This document shows, one piece after another, positions 13,031-26,385 of a stretch of DNA of 64,000 nucleotides. Numbering within the stretch: position 1 is the first letter of the stretch; every line of letters starts with the position of its first letter. The DNA is from Pecten maximus (lineage: Eukaryota). The DNA lies in NCBI RefSeq assembly GCF_902652985.1, contig NC_047031.1, positions 29,574,001-29,638,000 of the forward strand, in the 5' to 3' direction. The position numbers were made by a program, and so were the translations under genes. The notes under the pieces were generated by a model. It worked only from the letters and a program-made list of their open reading frames with translations, ran no database searches and was not told the DNA's origin.

Positions 13031-14825
13031 ACTGTTTTGTTATCGCCAACAGTTGTTGATATCCATTTTGATTTGAGAGCATTTTGCAAAAATATGAATA
13101 ATTGTTTTGTCGGATAAAAGAATTCGAGGCTTTTTAAGATTTCAGAAAAAAATGAATTTCAGCGATCCCTTTTCACACACAACACAGATCCGCACAGGTC
13201 TGCGAGCTTTTCCTGTTTGGACTAAAAACGGAAATAACACAACTGTTGCATGTTTCAATTGGATTACCACAAGGAAGTGCCATAACAAATCAAATAAACG
13301 CTATGTGCATGTGAGCTTTTAATTTCTACCGGGCAGAAGTGAGATGTGTACGATCTGTTTATTTGTACCAGACAGAGGTTAGATGTACATTTGTATGTGA
13401 TCTGTTCATTTTTCCTGCAGCCAGAAACCGAATTCATTCTTGTTATATGTGTTTAAGTGACTGACTAGTTATACAAAAAATATTTATTAAACATCTTTTT
13501 TAAATGCATCAGCTATCAGAAAGTATTTACATGAAGATTTTATTTCTGCCTTTTATAGTTCAAAATGAATTAAAGATTTCTGCATGATATTGTTCAGGGC
13601 AAGTGACAATAAAAAGAAAAGAATACTATATGAAGGAAACCGTAATTATAACTCAAACACGTACAAGGAATGAACGATTGACGTTTATCACTTAAATTAA
13701 AACATAAATATATACAGTACATACATGTACAATATGTACTTTTATATACCAGTTTGTATAACTTATGTATTTTTTTTTTATTTCAGTACCAATGAATCTA
13801 ATGACATATACTTCTTTTCTTTTCATATATCTTACTCGAAAATCAAGGTAAGTGACTTTTACATTTAACCTTTTTTCCACCTTCACTTTATTTCGAAGTC
13901 TCCCCCCTTACACCGAAACATATGTATCCATGTATGTCTGTAAAAACGAGATATTTCATTATATATTTTTGTTTTCACGCCACCTGTATATATCCAATAA
14001 AAATCCTCTATCATCACTAAAAGATGAAATATAATTCATGGACGTATGAACTGGTTTGAAGATAATAACTCCTGTTTTACAAAGAGTGACAAATATAAGA
14101 TGAAGAAAAGCGCGCTGCTATTTACGTCAATCTTAATCGAGATTTGAAAGTATTTGGACAAAAAACGTAACGACGTTTAAAGGAAACAAATCTGGGGTAT
14201 ACAACTGAATTTTGAAGGAAAACTAGTAGTGGGGTTAGGACGAGAAGTCTACTGTGTGTATTTTACTGTCTTTACTCAGCAGAATTGTTTTCCTCTCAAC
14301 CGTTCTGTGATTACAGTGCCGCGTCCGACTGCGTATGATTGTGATAGTAACGGAAGTTTGAAGTCCAGACGTTATAAATCTTCTGTTTAACCTAAAAGAT
14401 ATTAAAGAAACGACCTTTTTAATCAAAATGCTTTCTAAGAAATCAGCAACTGACATATTGCTTTAGTTTCCCTCATTTGTAAATAAATATAAATGAATCG
14501 TTAATTACTGTTTGCAATTTACTCCAAAAGGACGCTACAAACAAAATCTTCGATAGTTTCAAATAATAATTTTAAAATAAGAAGCGCACAATTCTTCAAT
14601 GACGGCGAGTTTGAATTGGTTGTGAATATAAGCGTTGCTTTTAACAATGCATTTCACCAATGTTTTCAATTATATCGAAATAGACTCTCACGTTAATTCA
14701 TTGCCTGTTTGGCATTTACCTTTCAAAACAATTTGTAGCTGGCTTATATTATTGTAAAATGGATTCCAGGACTTATGTCATAGACATTTTGACTCGCATG
14801 GCTGAGGCAGTTAAATCTAAGCAAA

Positions 14826-15036
14826 TTATATCTGTATGCCCCCCTCGTGAAATGAGGGGAGAGTGGGTATATAATGTTACCCATGTCCGTCCCGTCCCGT
14901 CCCGTCCCGTCCTCGTCCCGTCCCGTCCCTCCCGTCCCGTCCCGTCCCGTTCCGTCCTCGTCCTCGTCCCGTCTCGTCCCGTCCCGTTCCGTCCTGTCCT
15001 CGTCCCGTCCCGTCCCGTCCCGTCCCGTCCCGTCCC
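14826..15036 (+). mobile_element. Helentron-associated (HINE/DINE-1-like) element end with (CCCGT)n microsatellite
   Basis: tatgcccccctc..gagggg..gggtata stem followed by ~150 bp of (CCCGT)n/(CTCGT) at 14885-15036. A terminal stem plus GTCC-type microsatellite is the DINE-1/HINE arrangement. Confidence 0.6.
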
Positions 15037-16014
15037 GAAGCAATGTAACTATGTAGCGTCTGCCTCTATAACAAGGAGATCATTAACAGGTTTGACCGAC
15101 AGTAATCTACATATTGGATCCATTGCAGGTTTGTGGTATCAGACAAAGCATCCGCTTCGATTGTTTTGAAGATTTGTGGAATATGTTTATTTACTTTGTT
15201 TGACAATTGAATGTAAAATGTTGGAAATAATTTTTAGGCATTTCCTTTATGTATTATTTCTATGAACAATGAAAATAATGATTACAACGATGAACTTCCT
15301 CATAAACAAGCCGCAAAGGACACATAGTGTGTGGAACAATTCCTTTTGAGTAGTGACTATAAAGACATACTGTAAGTCTTTCTTGCTAAAGATGGTGATA
15401 GAACCGGAAATCTGTCGAATAGTGGAATGTCTGCAACTCTCACGTGATTTTATTCGGTAATAACTGCATTCGCTATGTATTTGAACGATCACGGCGACCG
15501 CTGCTCGAACAAATATGCCCTCAAGATAGATAGAAAATAAATGTCTACCGCCCCTTATATCGCGCCAAGACAAAACCAGTATTGACAGATAGCTATACGG
15601 AGACTATCAAGGCATTTATGAAGTTGTAAATTAAGATCATAACTACAGACCAATAAGTGGAATGAAGAAACGGCAAATTTTCCTCGGTTTGTTTTTTGTC
15701 GACGTCACAAGGATTGTCTATTAATGGTGATATATTTCTACCATTATAAACGCCACGCGACTGTCTGGTCAGTCTCCAGAAACAATCGCTGTGACTTTAT
15801 GTCCAGTTATGGCACATGGACATTAACACATCGGCAATGTCCGGGCCATATATACATCTTTTCTGGCGTTTATGGAGTGGTTCTGATCGGTCTCCTAATG
15901 ATTGGTTATTCTAACGTACACCTAGTCTAACGTTGCTGTTTAAGAAGTCCAGTGAACATTCTGATCGACTCATCAACGAAGAGGTGGCTCAACGTTGGAC
16001 TAGCTACACAATTT

Positions 16015-16290
16015 CTATGAGTACGTTTATAGAAGCTAGTGATTAAAAGGTCCTTGAACTTGCGAGATATATTCTACCTGTTGTGATAAACTCTTCATTG
16101 TACTTAGCGTCGTATAGACACAAAAACAAGTCAGGTAACAGATGAGAGTAGGTTGTTCCCATTGGTATGGCAATAGACTGTAAAATCTGAACACCAAATT
16201 GAGAGTTTAAACTGAACATTGTATAGACATATAAGGCAGTTAAATTTAGATAGGACTTATATATGTATGTTTCTCGAATCCTTGACATAT
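16015..16290 (-). pseudogene. Decayed Penelope-like element reverse transcriptase fragment
   Basis: Minus-strand translation QFGVQILQSIAIPMGTTYSHLLPDLFLCLYD resembles the PLE RT motif (FG..I.QQ..GIPMGT..APLLADLFL..YE). It is followed out of frame by TCT ATA AAC GTA CTC, where YIDDVL is expected. Confidence 0.75.
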
Positions 16291-18289
16291 TGTATTTTAG
16301 GGTTTCTTAATAATACCTGTCCAAATATCATTTCTGTGTCTAGAAAACTATCTCCAAAATCATTCCCCAAAATTTCCATACATAGTTAACTGAAATTTTA
16401 ACTGAGTTCCGAACGAAAACGCACGAATCCTGGTCTCAAATATCGGAGGCAAAAACTTATTTTTCATTCTAAAATAAGGTTTTGTCATAGATTTTCATGA
16501 CGTGTTAAAGTAACGGTTGTAAAAGTTATGAAACTATTTTGTCGTTATACACTTGTCTGGAAATGTCAATGGACAATCTTTGAACTACGATATAATACCT
16601 GTAACTTACCTGACATATCAATAAATACCAACATGAAAACATGGATATGATGTGTTTTTGCGGATGACTTTTAAATCTCTCTAAAGCTTGATCTGTTGGG
16701 TTTTGACGGCTTTGATATACGTAAAAAAGAACTCATAGAGTGATACAAACAACATTTTCTCAATTGAAGTAAAAGGCAGATGAAGTTCTAGATAAAAACA
16801 GCTGAAGTTCTAGATAAAAACAGGTAGAATTATAGATAAAAAATATATTAAGTCATAAATAAAAACAGAAAACAAGTTATATGACATGGCAAAGAAGAAA
16901 CGATCAAGATAATGTGAAACAGTTGTTTTAAATCTTCGCGATAGACATTATAATTTAAAATTTATTGAAAACCACGTGTGCATATCGGACCGACATGCAT
17001 GTTTCGGATAAAATGACCCTTCCTTTATAATAAGATTAAATGCAAAGCATTATAATTCCACTAGTGTTATAGTGACTGACTAATGACACAAATTTCCCCA
17101 GAAAATAGAGCTGTGGAATCAGCGAGGAGTCCAGGCCTGGCAATAATGCATTGAATAATGATATATGATATCGAGGCCTTCAATGACCAGGCCAATCTGG
17201 GAGGGGTCATGTTCCCGCAATTACCGTCAGTAATTTGATGTATTTATGGTAAAGAACGACCATTCATAAACACAATAACTGAATTTATTATTCTTTATTG
17301 AACAAATATATTTACAATATAGGCGAATTATGTGTTCGTCTGTACTTACCAATACACCTCAATATGGCTTCCTGCACTTTTCCTTTCCCGATTTATATCG
17401 TCGCGACTTCGACAGAGCGTTATCTATCATTAAAAGATAAATCAGGAGGAAAAACTATCCTGGAATTGCTCCTTGTCTGGCGTGGAGCGGATGGCTTCTT
17501 TGGAGCCTGAAAAGTAAACACCGAGATACAAAATAATATTATTTCTAATGATTTAAAGTCTTCATTGTCGAAATAGTCTTATGGGTGTAATATTGAGGTA
17601 TCAGAAATCCAATGATAAATGAATAACTACACATAACAACGATATACATAAGAAAGAAGTACAGCTGTATTGAAACCCAAACTGTTGACGAGATCAAGTC
17701 TTTAAAATCATTTGTCAGAACACATCTTGTCATATCCATGATTGCATGTCGGTAGCCATAGATCTATCAGGGTAGTAGTTCAAAGTTTGTCCATGATTTC
17801 TTAGAATAAATCTTGAAGCAGTTAACTGTAGTTGTTTTATTTATACAAATATGTGGTATACTATTTAACATATGCATACATTATAGTAGACACCAGTGAC
17901 AACGTGATCTATTTATTGATCGAGTAGCTAGGGGACTCTCACTGATATTTATTATATCCCCCAATTATTAAAAACAGTGCCTAAGCCTCCATCAAAAATG
18001 TATGCTTTGGACGATAAGGGCATAAGTATATATATGCATGTGAGTCTCTTCTCACTTTGTTTATATATTTGCTACAGAAAAAAACACCCTTTGTATTATC
18101 TATTACCTAATTTGCATGTGTTTACAAGAAAGGATTATGTTAGAGAATTGAAACAGACCTGATATAGTAATTTCAACAAACAGTTGAGACTGGCGTGTGG
18201 TTACTAAGGAAAGTGTCATTTTCTTTAGTCAGTCTTTGTAATGTATTTGATTAAGCTCACGATTTAAACAATTAGTATCAATAGATAGC

Positions 18290-18725
18290 TATTATATAAA
18301 AAGTGCCCTTGTCTGAGGGGAATATGGAGGATTGTTTCCCCGAGGGAACATTATCTTCCCGAGCCGATAGGCGAGGGAAGATAATGTTCTCGAGGGGAAA
18401 CAATCCTCCACATTCCCCTCAGACAAGGGCACTATTTATTTTATTATACCGAATAGAAAAATGTTCTAGTGAAAAAATCTGTTTTATCTGGTACAGTTCT
18501 CTTTATCTATGTAAAACTACACTGTTGCGTTTGTATGAATTGTCTCCCTTCTCAATGTTCGGGATTTTCCGTAAGAAACAATCGTGCGTTTTCGGGCGGA
18601 GCGGGGAACATTGCAATATCCCACGGCAATGTTGACCGTTGTTTCTGACACTGCATATTGTTTCAGGTCATGTGATTAGGAATTGACCAATAATAAGGCG
18701 AGAATCTTACATAAGGTATAATAAA
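18290..18725. mobile_element. Non-autonomous DNA element containing a 132-bp hairpin
   Basis: 59-bp arms at 18302-18360 and 18375-18433 are near-perfect inverted repeats; additional inverted pair ttattatacc (~18441) / ggtataataa (~18715). Confidence 0.7.
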
Positions 18726-19169
18726 TATAGATTTGCATATCGGATGAAAACAGGGACATGAATTCCTCTCGGTAACCACAACATTGAGGAATTGTCTCTG
18801 TAATATGATGCATATTTTGAGTATGGGCTGATCGTCTGCATTTGATTTGCGTTTGATCATATCAACACTGCTCAAAATCGAATAAACGAAAGCCATTATA
18901 CTGGAAATCTATACATCTGGTGTATTTAATGATAACAAATTGACAGTCTAGATTTCAGAAAATTGACAAAATTAGATATATGACAAATCGGTTCAAAGAA
19001 AACAAGTTTTTTATAAATGTAAAATAAAGAGTATTGATAACCTATCGATATAATATTTCATTATTTCGTTAAGTTACATTTGACATATTAAGACCGATCC
19101 AATGCCGGAGTAGACGTGAACGCTAGAGATATAATTTTTTTATTTACTGTATACGTGTATAACTTTATT

Positions 19170-19680
19170 CACACGTATAATCTTGGGAAAACTCTGTTAT
19201 TTCAGGTTTTCCTTTTTGTATAATCTTGAGCAAGCCATGCCAGTAAAGGTTACACTTTTTGTAAAGTCTTGGGAAAGCCCTGTTGATGGAGGGTTTCCTT
19301 TGTTGTTTTTTTGGAAAAGCCATGTTGGTACATGTTGTCCATTTTATATAATCTTGGAAAAGTTCCACAGGAAAAAAAAACCCTTTTTGTATAATCTATG
19401 GAAAACTCTTGTTATTTGAGGTTTTCCTTTTTATATAATCTTAAGCAAGCCATACCAGTAAAGTTAACACTTTTTGTATAATCTTCAGGAATCCATGCTG
19501 GTAATGTTTACACTTTTTGTATAGTTTTGGGGAACGCCCTGTTGATGGAGGTTTTCCATTTTTGTAATCTTGGAAAAGCCGTGTTGGTACATGTTTGCCA
19601 TTTTGTGTAATCTTTGAAAAGTTCCGCTGGTAAAAATTCCTTTTGTATAATCTTGTGAAAATTCTGCTGGTAGAGGTTTT
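19170..19680. repeat. Degenerate ~43-45-bp tandem repeat (ttttgtataatcttgg.aaa....tg.tg..ggtt), ~12 copies
   Basis: Recurrent tttgtataatctt anchor. Confidence 0.85.
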
Positions 19681-21499
19681 GTTACATGTGATTAAGATGC
19701 CTAAACTGATCAAACTTATTATATTATAGCATATACATTCTTGTATTTCATATTTGTATCTTTAAGAATTTATGTTACATTGTAACTTCATAGTTATCAC
19801 CCTGGGTTCCTACTAATCTTCTTAATGTTTAGATCCTTTGAATAGTACAAAAGTAGAATAAATTTCAAGAGTGCCTTCAGTATTTCGGTAAAGTTCTTTT
19901 AGAATTGAATAACATTACTTGTCGTCTGCTCATCTCGGAAGGTGATGATGTGAGGTTTCCCTCCATGTCTGTGGCGGACATCGTTTTCTTTAATTACCTT
20001 TCTCATTGATATACCAGACCAATGTCCCCTCCTCAGCCTAAAGAGTACTTCCGTTAAATCTGAAGTAATTAGCGTGCGGGGCACGGCGACAACAAGGTGG
20101 CCGTTGCCATGATACTTTACGGAATGTTCGGTCTTCAGCTTGATCCGGCCAGTTGTTGGTTTATTATGGTTTTCCGTTTTCACGAGAGTAAATTATCCTC
20201 GGAGGTGTTCACAGGCTCAAGCTTTCGAGAACCGCTGTAAAGTGCTAAATAAATGAAGGTATTGACGGGGTACGGTAATATGACACTACTTTAGGTCATG
20301 ATATTCTGATAATGGGAAATCTTAAGGTAACTATGGAAACAGAGTCATAAACGGGTATTGGACCGGACGTACGACTGTAAATGAAAACATATTCTTAGAT
20401 ATTAAAATCATATGAAGACAATGTTTCCATGTGATGTTTCTGTCATATGATAATGTTTATTATATCATTTTATATTTTTCACGTGCTGTTTGTTTGTTTG
20501 CTTGGATGATCGCCTGGTGAACCACTTGAATTGTAGTAGATAACGGCTACTTCACTGAAGATCACAAAACAGCCACCGCCGCCTCATGCTGTACAGGTGC
20601 TGTCGGGGTAGAATGCATAGACCAAGTACACATCCAATGAAACTCAGATCAATATGTGATCTAGGGCTCATCGTATCGGTTGAACTGGTATTGCGTATGA
20701 TAAAATTTTCTTTTATTTTTACTTCAAATATGAAATAGATCAATTTTTTTCGGCCATTATCATCACTGGCGAGTCCTCTATGACGATAATGCAGTGTTAT
20801 ATTAATCATGTGATTGATACAGTACCGATTACTTATTCCAGAATTGTGGTAGGGTGTTGTTTCTATGCTTGTCTTTTGTAAAGAAAAACGATATTGATTA
20901 AATGAAAATAAAAATGTAAGTGAATTCTTTACAAAAATAACCCGTGAGGAGATCAACTATTTAAGATTTTAGTTGTAATAATTAATAATCAATAATCATT
21001 TAGACTATATTATAATTTCGAAAGTACCTTAACCTTTGACCTGTACTCGAGCCAATGGTATACAAGCTTTAAGATAATGATACACACATGATAATGTTCA
21101 CCGGGGATTAACGTCGACGCCATCACGAACATTTACATGTAGTTTTAATTAGTAATACACTAATTACATGTGGATAGTTAAATTATTTAACAATGTGTGA
21201 ATCATTATAGACTATTGGGGATTATATTTCCGGAAGTATCTTAATTGTGGTAGTTTATCGAGCCAATAGTTAGAAATAACCTACCTGTCATGTGCACATT
21301 GACAATATGTACAGGGATGAACGTCAACTTCAACATTAATGTACAGTACATGTACTTGTAATGAATAATAAACTTAACACAACCGTGGATCTACATTGAC
21401 CATGGTGTACTTCTATAAATGAAGAAAGATGGCGAGTGTGCTGCTGTTAAGTATCATTTTTAAATTACTCTCTTTTATATCGGTGATTGTATCACAGGT

Positions 21500-21615
21500 G
21501 GGGATTGCAAAGACCAGGCCGGGACTCTAACCCGGAACCTCTGTACTACAGGCGGACGCTCTAACTATTTGGGTTCCATGGCCACTGGTGTTCAGCCTAG
21601 TCAAGTACCGCTAAA
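21500..21615 (-). mobile_element. tRNA-like repeat fragment
   Basis: ccgggactctaacccgg..cgctctaact is the reverse complement of B-box and A-box regions; shares flank with 32765-32882. Confidence 0.55.
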
Positions 21616-21682
21616 ACTGTGTTCGAAATGTACAGCTGACACCCAAGTGGGCATTCTGTTGCATGGGGAAATGTATCAAATA

Positions 21683-21906
21683 GGGGCCGCGGTGGCCGAG
21701 TGGTTAAGGTGTCCCGACACTTCAACACTAGCCCTCTACCTCTGGGTTGCGAGTTCGAAACCTACGTGGGGCAGTTGCCAGGTACTGACCGTAGTTCGGT
21801 GGTTTTTCTCCGGGTACTCCGGCTTTCCTCCACCTCCAAAACCTGGCACGTCCTTAAATGACCCTGGTTGTTAATAGGACGTTATCAAACAAAAACAAAC
21901 CAAACC
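21683..21906 (+). mobile_element. Full-length tRNA-derived V-domain SINE with 13-bp TSD
   Basis: A box (TGGCCGAGTGG), B box (GAGTTCGAAAC), V-like core GGTTTTTCTCCGGGTACTCCGGCTTTCCTCC, tail ATGACCCTGG.TGTTAATAGGACGTT, and a CAAA-rich end. TSD aatgtatcaaata at 21670-21682 and 21907-21919. Confidence 0.93.
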
Positions 21907-22059
21907 AATGTATCAAATACCGTTATAGGAAATGCCCTAATCAAAACAAATACGTCCTAAAACTTCCGACCCTGCAAAGGATATCACGTGATAGTGTGAG
22001 TAGTGTCTACTCTTAGCCTAAACTAACAGGAATACTAATTGGGAGACTAGTATCCATGG

Positions 22060-22465
22060 TGACTGATCTCTAGAGAGAACGTGCAATTTAGATCTTCGTA
22101 TGACTCTCTAAAAACGTATCAAGGAAATTAACATTCATCAACATATCGAAGTGTCGGCCCCGATGTTCATAACAAAAAAGTCCCATCTCCATATGCTATA
22201 CGAAAAGACGTAATCGATCCTGGTCGATGTACTTGGTGGTTCCCTTGTCACCGCCCTAGTTATCGTTTTTAGAATGTGACATGACCTTGATTTGACCTAT
22301 ATTTGTATGGCAGGTGAGGCAGATGAATCAGAAGACGTTTACCATTCCGGGGCACTTGGTCCTATCCCCCTTGTACTTCATTAAGGGTGTGTGTGATGCT
22401 ATACAGTATTGTCCATACTTTGCTTTCTGGTTATCAAGTTTGAGTTAAAACTACAATCTTGTTAA
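22060..22465 (+). mobile_element. Penelope-like element 3' remnant
   Basis: gtggttcccttgtcacc..gatttgaccta..tttgtatggc..gatgaa.cagaagacg.ttac...ccgg.gcac.tggtc, shared with 24430-24620. Confidence 0.6.
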
Positions 22466-22865
22466 CATGTCGATATTCTCATAAACCAAGGTGCTGAAAC
22501 CACGTAATGTCCCCGTTAAATTCCGGACAATTTCCATTTTGCTGTTGGTGTCGATGATAATAGCTTTCACAAACAAATTAACGTTTTCATTAGTAACGCC
22601 TGCGTTGCTACGACTATGTTTTAGACCGGTCAGATATCCGATGTATCACTGTTAAATGTGGCATGTAAAATGCACGTACTTTAAATTCCATGTCGATCAA
22701 TTATCACCTTGTAATCTGTGGTTACACATGTCGGTATCCGGACTGACAATTTGAAATATCACCAGGATTTCGTGACGTTTTCTAGGATCTTCTTTCTGCC
22801 AAGCGCAACACTTTAAAATAATGCGTTGGAGTAAAGACCATGATTCACCACATGCTGTCTTGGAT

Positions 22866-23279
22866 TAACTGATCACCGAGCCAGACTTTGGCTGAGGAAC
22901 AGACTATCACCGAGTTAGACTTTGGCTGACTAACAGTCTACCACCGAGCGAGACTTTGACTGACAGACTATCGCCGAGCGATACATGGACTGATTAACAG
23001 ACTATCACCGAGCGAGTCCTTGAGGAACAGACTATCATCGAGCGGGACTTTGACTGACAAACAGACTATCACCGAGCGAGACTTTGGCTGAGGAACAGAC
23101 TATCACCGAACGAGACATTGACTGCTAACAGACTATCACAGAGCGAGACTTTGACTGACTAACAGACTATCACCGAGCGGGACTTTGACTGACAAACAGA
23201 CTATCACCGGGCGATACTTTGACTAACAAACAGACTATCACCGAGCCAGACTTTGACTAACAAAAAGACTATCATCGAA
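22866..23279. repeat. ~34-bp minisatellite (AACAGACTATCACCGAGCGAGACTTTGACTGACT), ~12 copies
   Basis: Recurrent cagactatcaccgag anchor. Confidence 0.92.
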
Positions 23280-24329
23280 TGAAATGATCAAATTTAAGTT
23301 TATTTTTGTTCTCCTTTTTTCATTGGTGCCTTTTCCCTTTTTAATTTTTGCCAGTACGGATCTAGTGGTGCTAGGGAACCCGACATCTGTGTCACTTCCT
23401 GGATGTTTTCTGTCGTGTGTACCCTATGATACCGTCGATATTCGGAAAGCGCCCGACTTCTCTTCCCACAAACAAAACATTTAATCGAAAATGGATGATG
23501 TTATTGTATTAATCCCGCCATTTCATACTCGCATATATCTACTGGATCGAATAGGCCTATGTGGATAAATAGATTGGATATCAATTCATCATTTCCCGTT
23601 AACCTGAAATTGACATGCATTAGAATTCTATTTTCCAAATCGATGGATGTTATCATATCCGGAATTCTACTGGGGAGCGATGTTTATCAGAAGTTTGCGA
23701 AGCAGAACATTATTTTATTTGACATGCACTTGGGTTTTCTATTCATATGTGGTGTTAAAGCATGTTGATGACTCCATTCGTATTTCGTCACATACACGTA
23801 GCATTTGATACAGTTTCAGAGTATTGTTTTCATTGATTTTAAAACATTAAGTCACTTAAACTGTACATTTTATACCCATTAAACGGTGACCTCTTTTAGA
23901 TAGTTAAATGGTTTAAAGATTCAGCGATTCACAAGCCTTTACACGAAAAACAATTCTATAAATACAGGTTTTCGGGTTTAAAAAACTGTTTACTTCAATT
24001 GATGTCTTTAAACAATGCTACGAATGGTCAGAAGAATGAGTGCGAGTGACGAGTCCATCGCGCTCTACTTATGAACATTTACCTATCAATTCTTGTAGGA
24101 CCTGTAATATATTCTCACACCATGGCTGCGGACACTTTAACTTTCGTAATTAATGAAAAGTCTTAGCTTTATGATTTATTTAAAAGAATACGCCTCAGGG
24201 GATCATACCATCCCCTCGCGTCAACTAAATATATTTGGACGTGGAAGGTGACGTTAAATCTGAAACCAAACGTTACATAATTGGTGGGCGCCGTCTTTAT
24301 TTAACCTTGGTTTTCAGGTTGTTAAAGAC

Positions 24330-24710
24330 CACGGGAAAGTTTAATGGTTGACATCATGGCCATATTTGGAAGTGTTCTACTTCCTTGTGCGACAGAAAGT
24401 CAGACGTGTCAATGCACGTTGATATGCCTTGTGGTTCCCTGGTCACCACCATAGTTCTTAATTTGAGATTGTGACTAAAACCTGATTTGACATAGATTTG
24501 CATGACGGGTGTCGCTGTGACCTAGATCTGCATGGCGGATGTCGCTGTGACCTAGATTTGTATGGCGGGTGTCGTTGATGAAACAGAAGACGCTTACTCT
24601 TCCAGAGCACCTGGTCTTGTTTGTAAGGGTCACATTGCTAATCTATATTTGTGTGCGCTTTAGTTAGAATTACATATTTTTTATTATGTCGGTATTCGCA
24701 GTTGTTTCCT
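24330..24710 (+). mobile_element. Penelope-like element ORF end and 3' region, with internal 30-bp triplication
   Basis: Translates GKFNG*HHGHIWK (compare KFYGRHH in PLE ORF C-termini); gacctagatttgtatggcgggtgtcg x3; gacgcttactcttccagagcacctggtc. Confidence 0.65.
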
Positions 24711-24904
24711 TTGACCTTGATTCATATAGAGTTTGAATCAATCAAGTTAGCATTATATAAATGTTGTTTACTCCAGATAAACACGCTACCTTTGTATATG
24801 TTAATAACACTGTATTTGTCTTCTTTTTAAATTGATTCATCAAAATTCATTAAAATTATTTGATATATTGATACATGTTAATCATATATTGGCTGTTTTC
24901 CACC

Positions 24905-25140
24905 AGATCGACAGTGCGCCAATCGAAGAGCGATCATTTTGTCGCATGGCGCTTTGTTAGTCTCGCATGACACACTGTATTTCTTGGATTGGCGCACTGT
25001 CGCTCTTCGCATGATACACACTGTCGTACTTCGCCTGGCGCATTATCGCTCTTCGCTTGGCGCATTGTCGCCCCTCGCTTGGCGCATTGTCGCTCTTCGC
25101 TTGGCGTAGGTCGCCCTTCGCTTGGTGCATTGTCGAATAA
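24905..25140. repeat. Second copy of the 22-bp unit element (inverted unit, then ~9 direct units)
   Basis: cgacagtgcgccaatc followed by repeated cttcgcttggcgcattgtcgc. Confidence 0.8.
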
Positions 25141-26099
25141 CGTGTATCATAATATCAAATAAGGCTGATAATTCAATTGGTGCAATGTCGAGCTGTTGCA
25201 TTTTACGACGTTAGAATCTTTTTCATAAAATCGCTGAGTATTTCAAATCCTTATAGAACTAAATATGAAGTTATGGACTGCTGTCTTAGTGTAGCTTAAA
25301 TTGATATGATCCTATGGAAACTCAGCTACGTTGAAACTAATACATCAGGGATGTTACTGAACATATCAATTCACATGTAGCCAATTGAACCCCTACCGAT
25401 GCCCTTGGTTTTGCACTAATACAGAAAGTCATTTGGGGTTTGGAACAAATGAATATTTTGGTTTGAGAACAAATTATTTCCAGATATACAGCTATGCTGA
25501 TAAGAAAAGATTGAGAATGCTCTTAAAGCGATGTTTGAAATTAAATTAGCGAGTGCTAAGTGTTGATTTGGCGTTAAGTGTGCTCACTAATTATGTTATA
25601 ACATCCCGCATTACCTGTACACGCCCTCAATGCCTTCCATCCAAGGCTCACTGCCTCCAATCAAACGCTCCCCCATGATGTACTTGTAGTACCTGACGCC
25701 AGTATCATACTTGTTTAAGTTCGTTCTGTTTGTAATACTGAAATTAATGTAAACAAATATCTTAAGTTCTGAAGAAGCCCTTCATGACACAAAGGTATTG
25801 TGGTACATGATATTTTTGCTTATTTATTAATTCATTTTCTACAATTTGTATTCATTTTATTAGGTTCGTTTTAGCTATCTTCTAATTAAAGAGAGATATA
25901 TATTTGATAGATGTCTATGCGTTTTGGCTGGTAAAAGACTTTTATTGATATACAGCTGTAGAAGCAAATGCGAAGTTTGTAATATGAACAGATAATAAAC
26001 AACTTAAATTGATCGGTTTGTAGAATACATACAATTGTAAATATTCCCAATCAAAATGCATCTTATAATTACAAATAATCGTTTTCATTATTTTACCAA

Positions 26100-26203
26100 T
26101 GGCTGTGATATGTTCGTGTTTGTCTCCATGTGATATTATGGAACTGATACTTCAGCTAAACATACTGCCGAGGACACCGAGCAGGACACCCCACCTGGTC
26201 CCC
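26100..26203 (-). mobile_element. Meta-like SINE core fragment
   Basis: catactgccgaggacaccgagcaggacaccccacctggtc. Confidence 0.6.
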
Positions 26204-26385
26204 GTTTATTTTTCTTCAAGTGCAATTTTTAAACCATTTCATGAAATATGTAAACATACACCAAACAAAAAGTAAAACGATAGACAATCTATACGTTATC
26301 ATATAATAGACATTCATTGTTATTGATATATCAGGGGGTGAGGACAGAATGGAATAATATTCATAACTGGACAGGTGTGGATTGA

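Noticed and set aside
14744-15169. RDGTG / PSRPV repeat ORFs
   Set aside because: Translation of a (CCCGT)n microsatellite.
20552-20700. Cys/His pattern vaguely like a PHD finger
   Set aside because: Ligand spacing is incomplete and needs frameshifts; no splice support.
22866-23279. CRISPR-like repeat/spacer appearance
   Set aside because: The variable parts are mutated versions of one another, not unique spacers; eukaryotic context.
23559-23768. GILLGSD as a possible RT motif
   Set aside because: Too degenerate to support.
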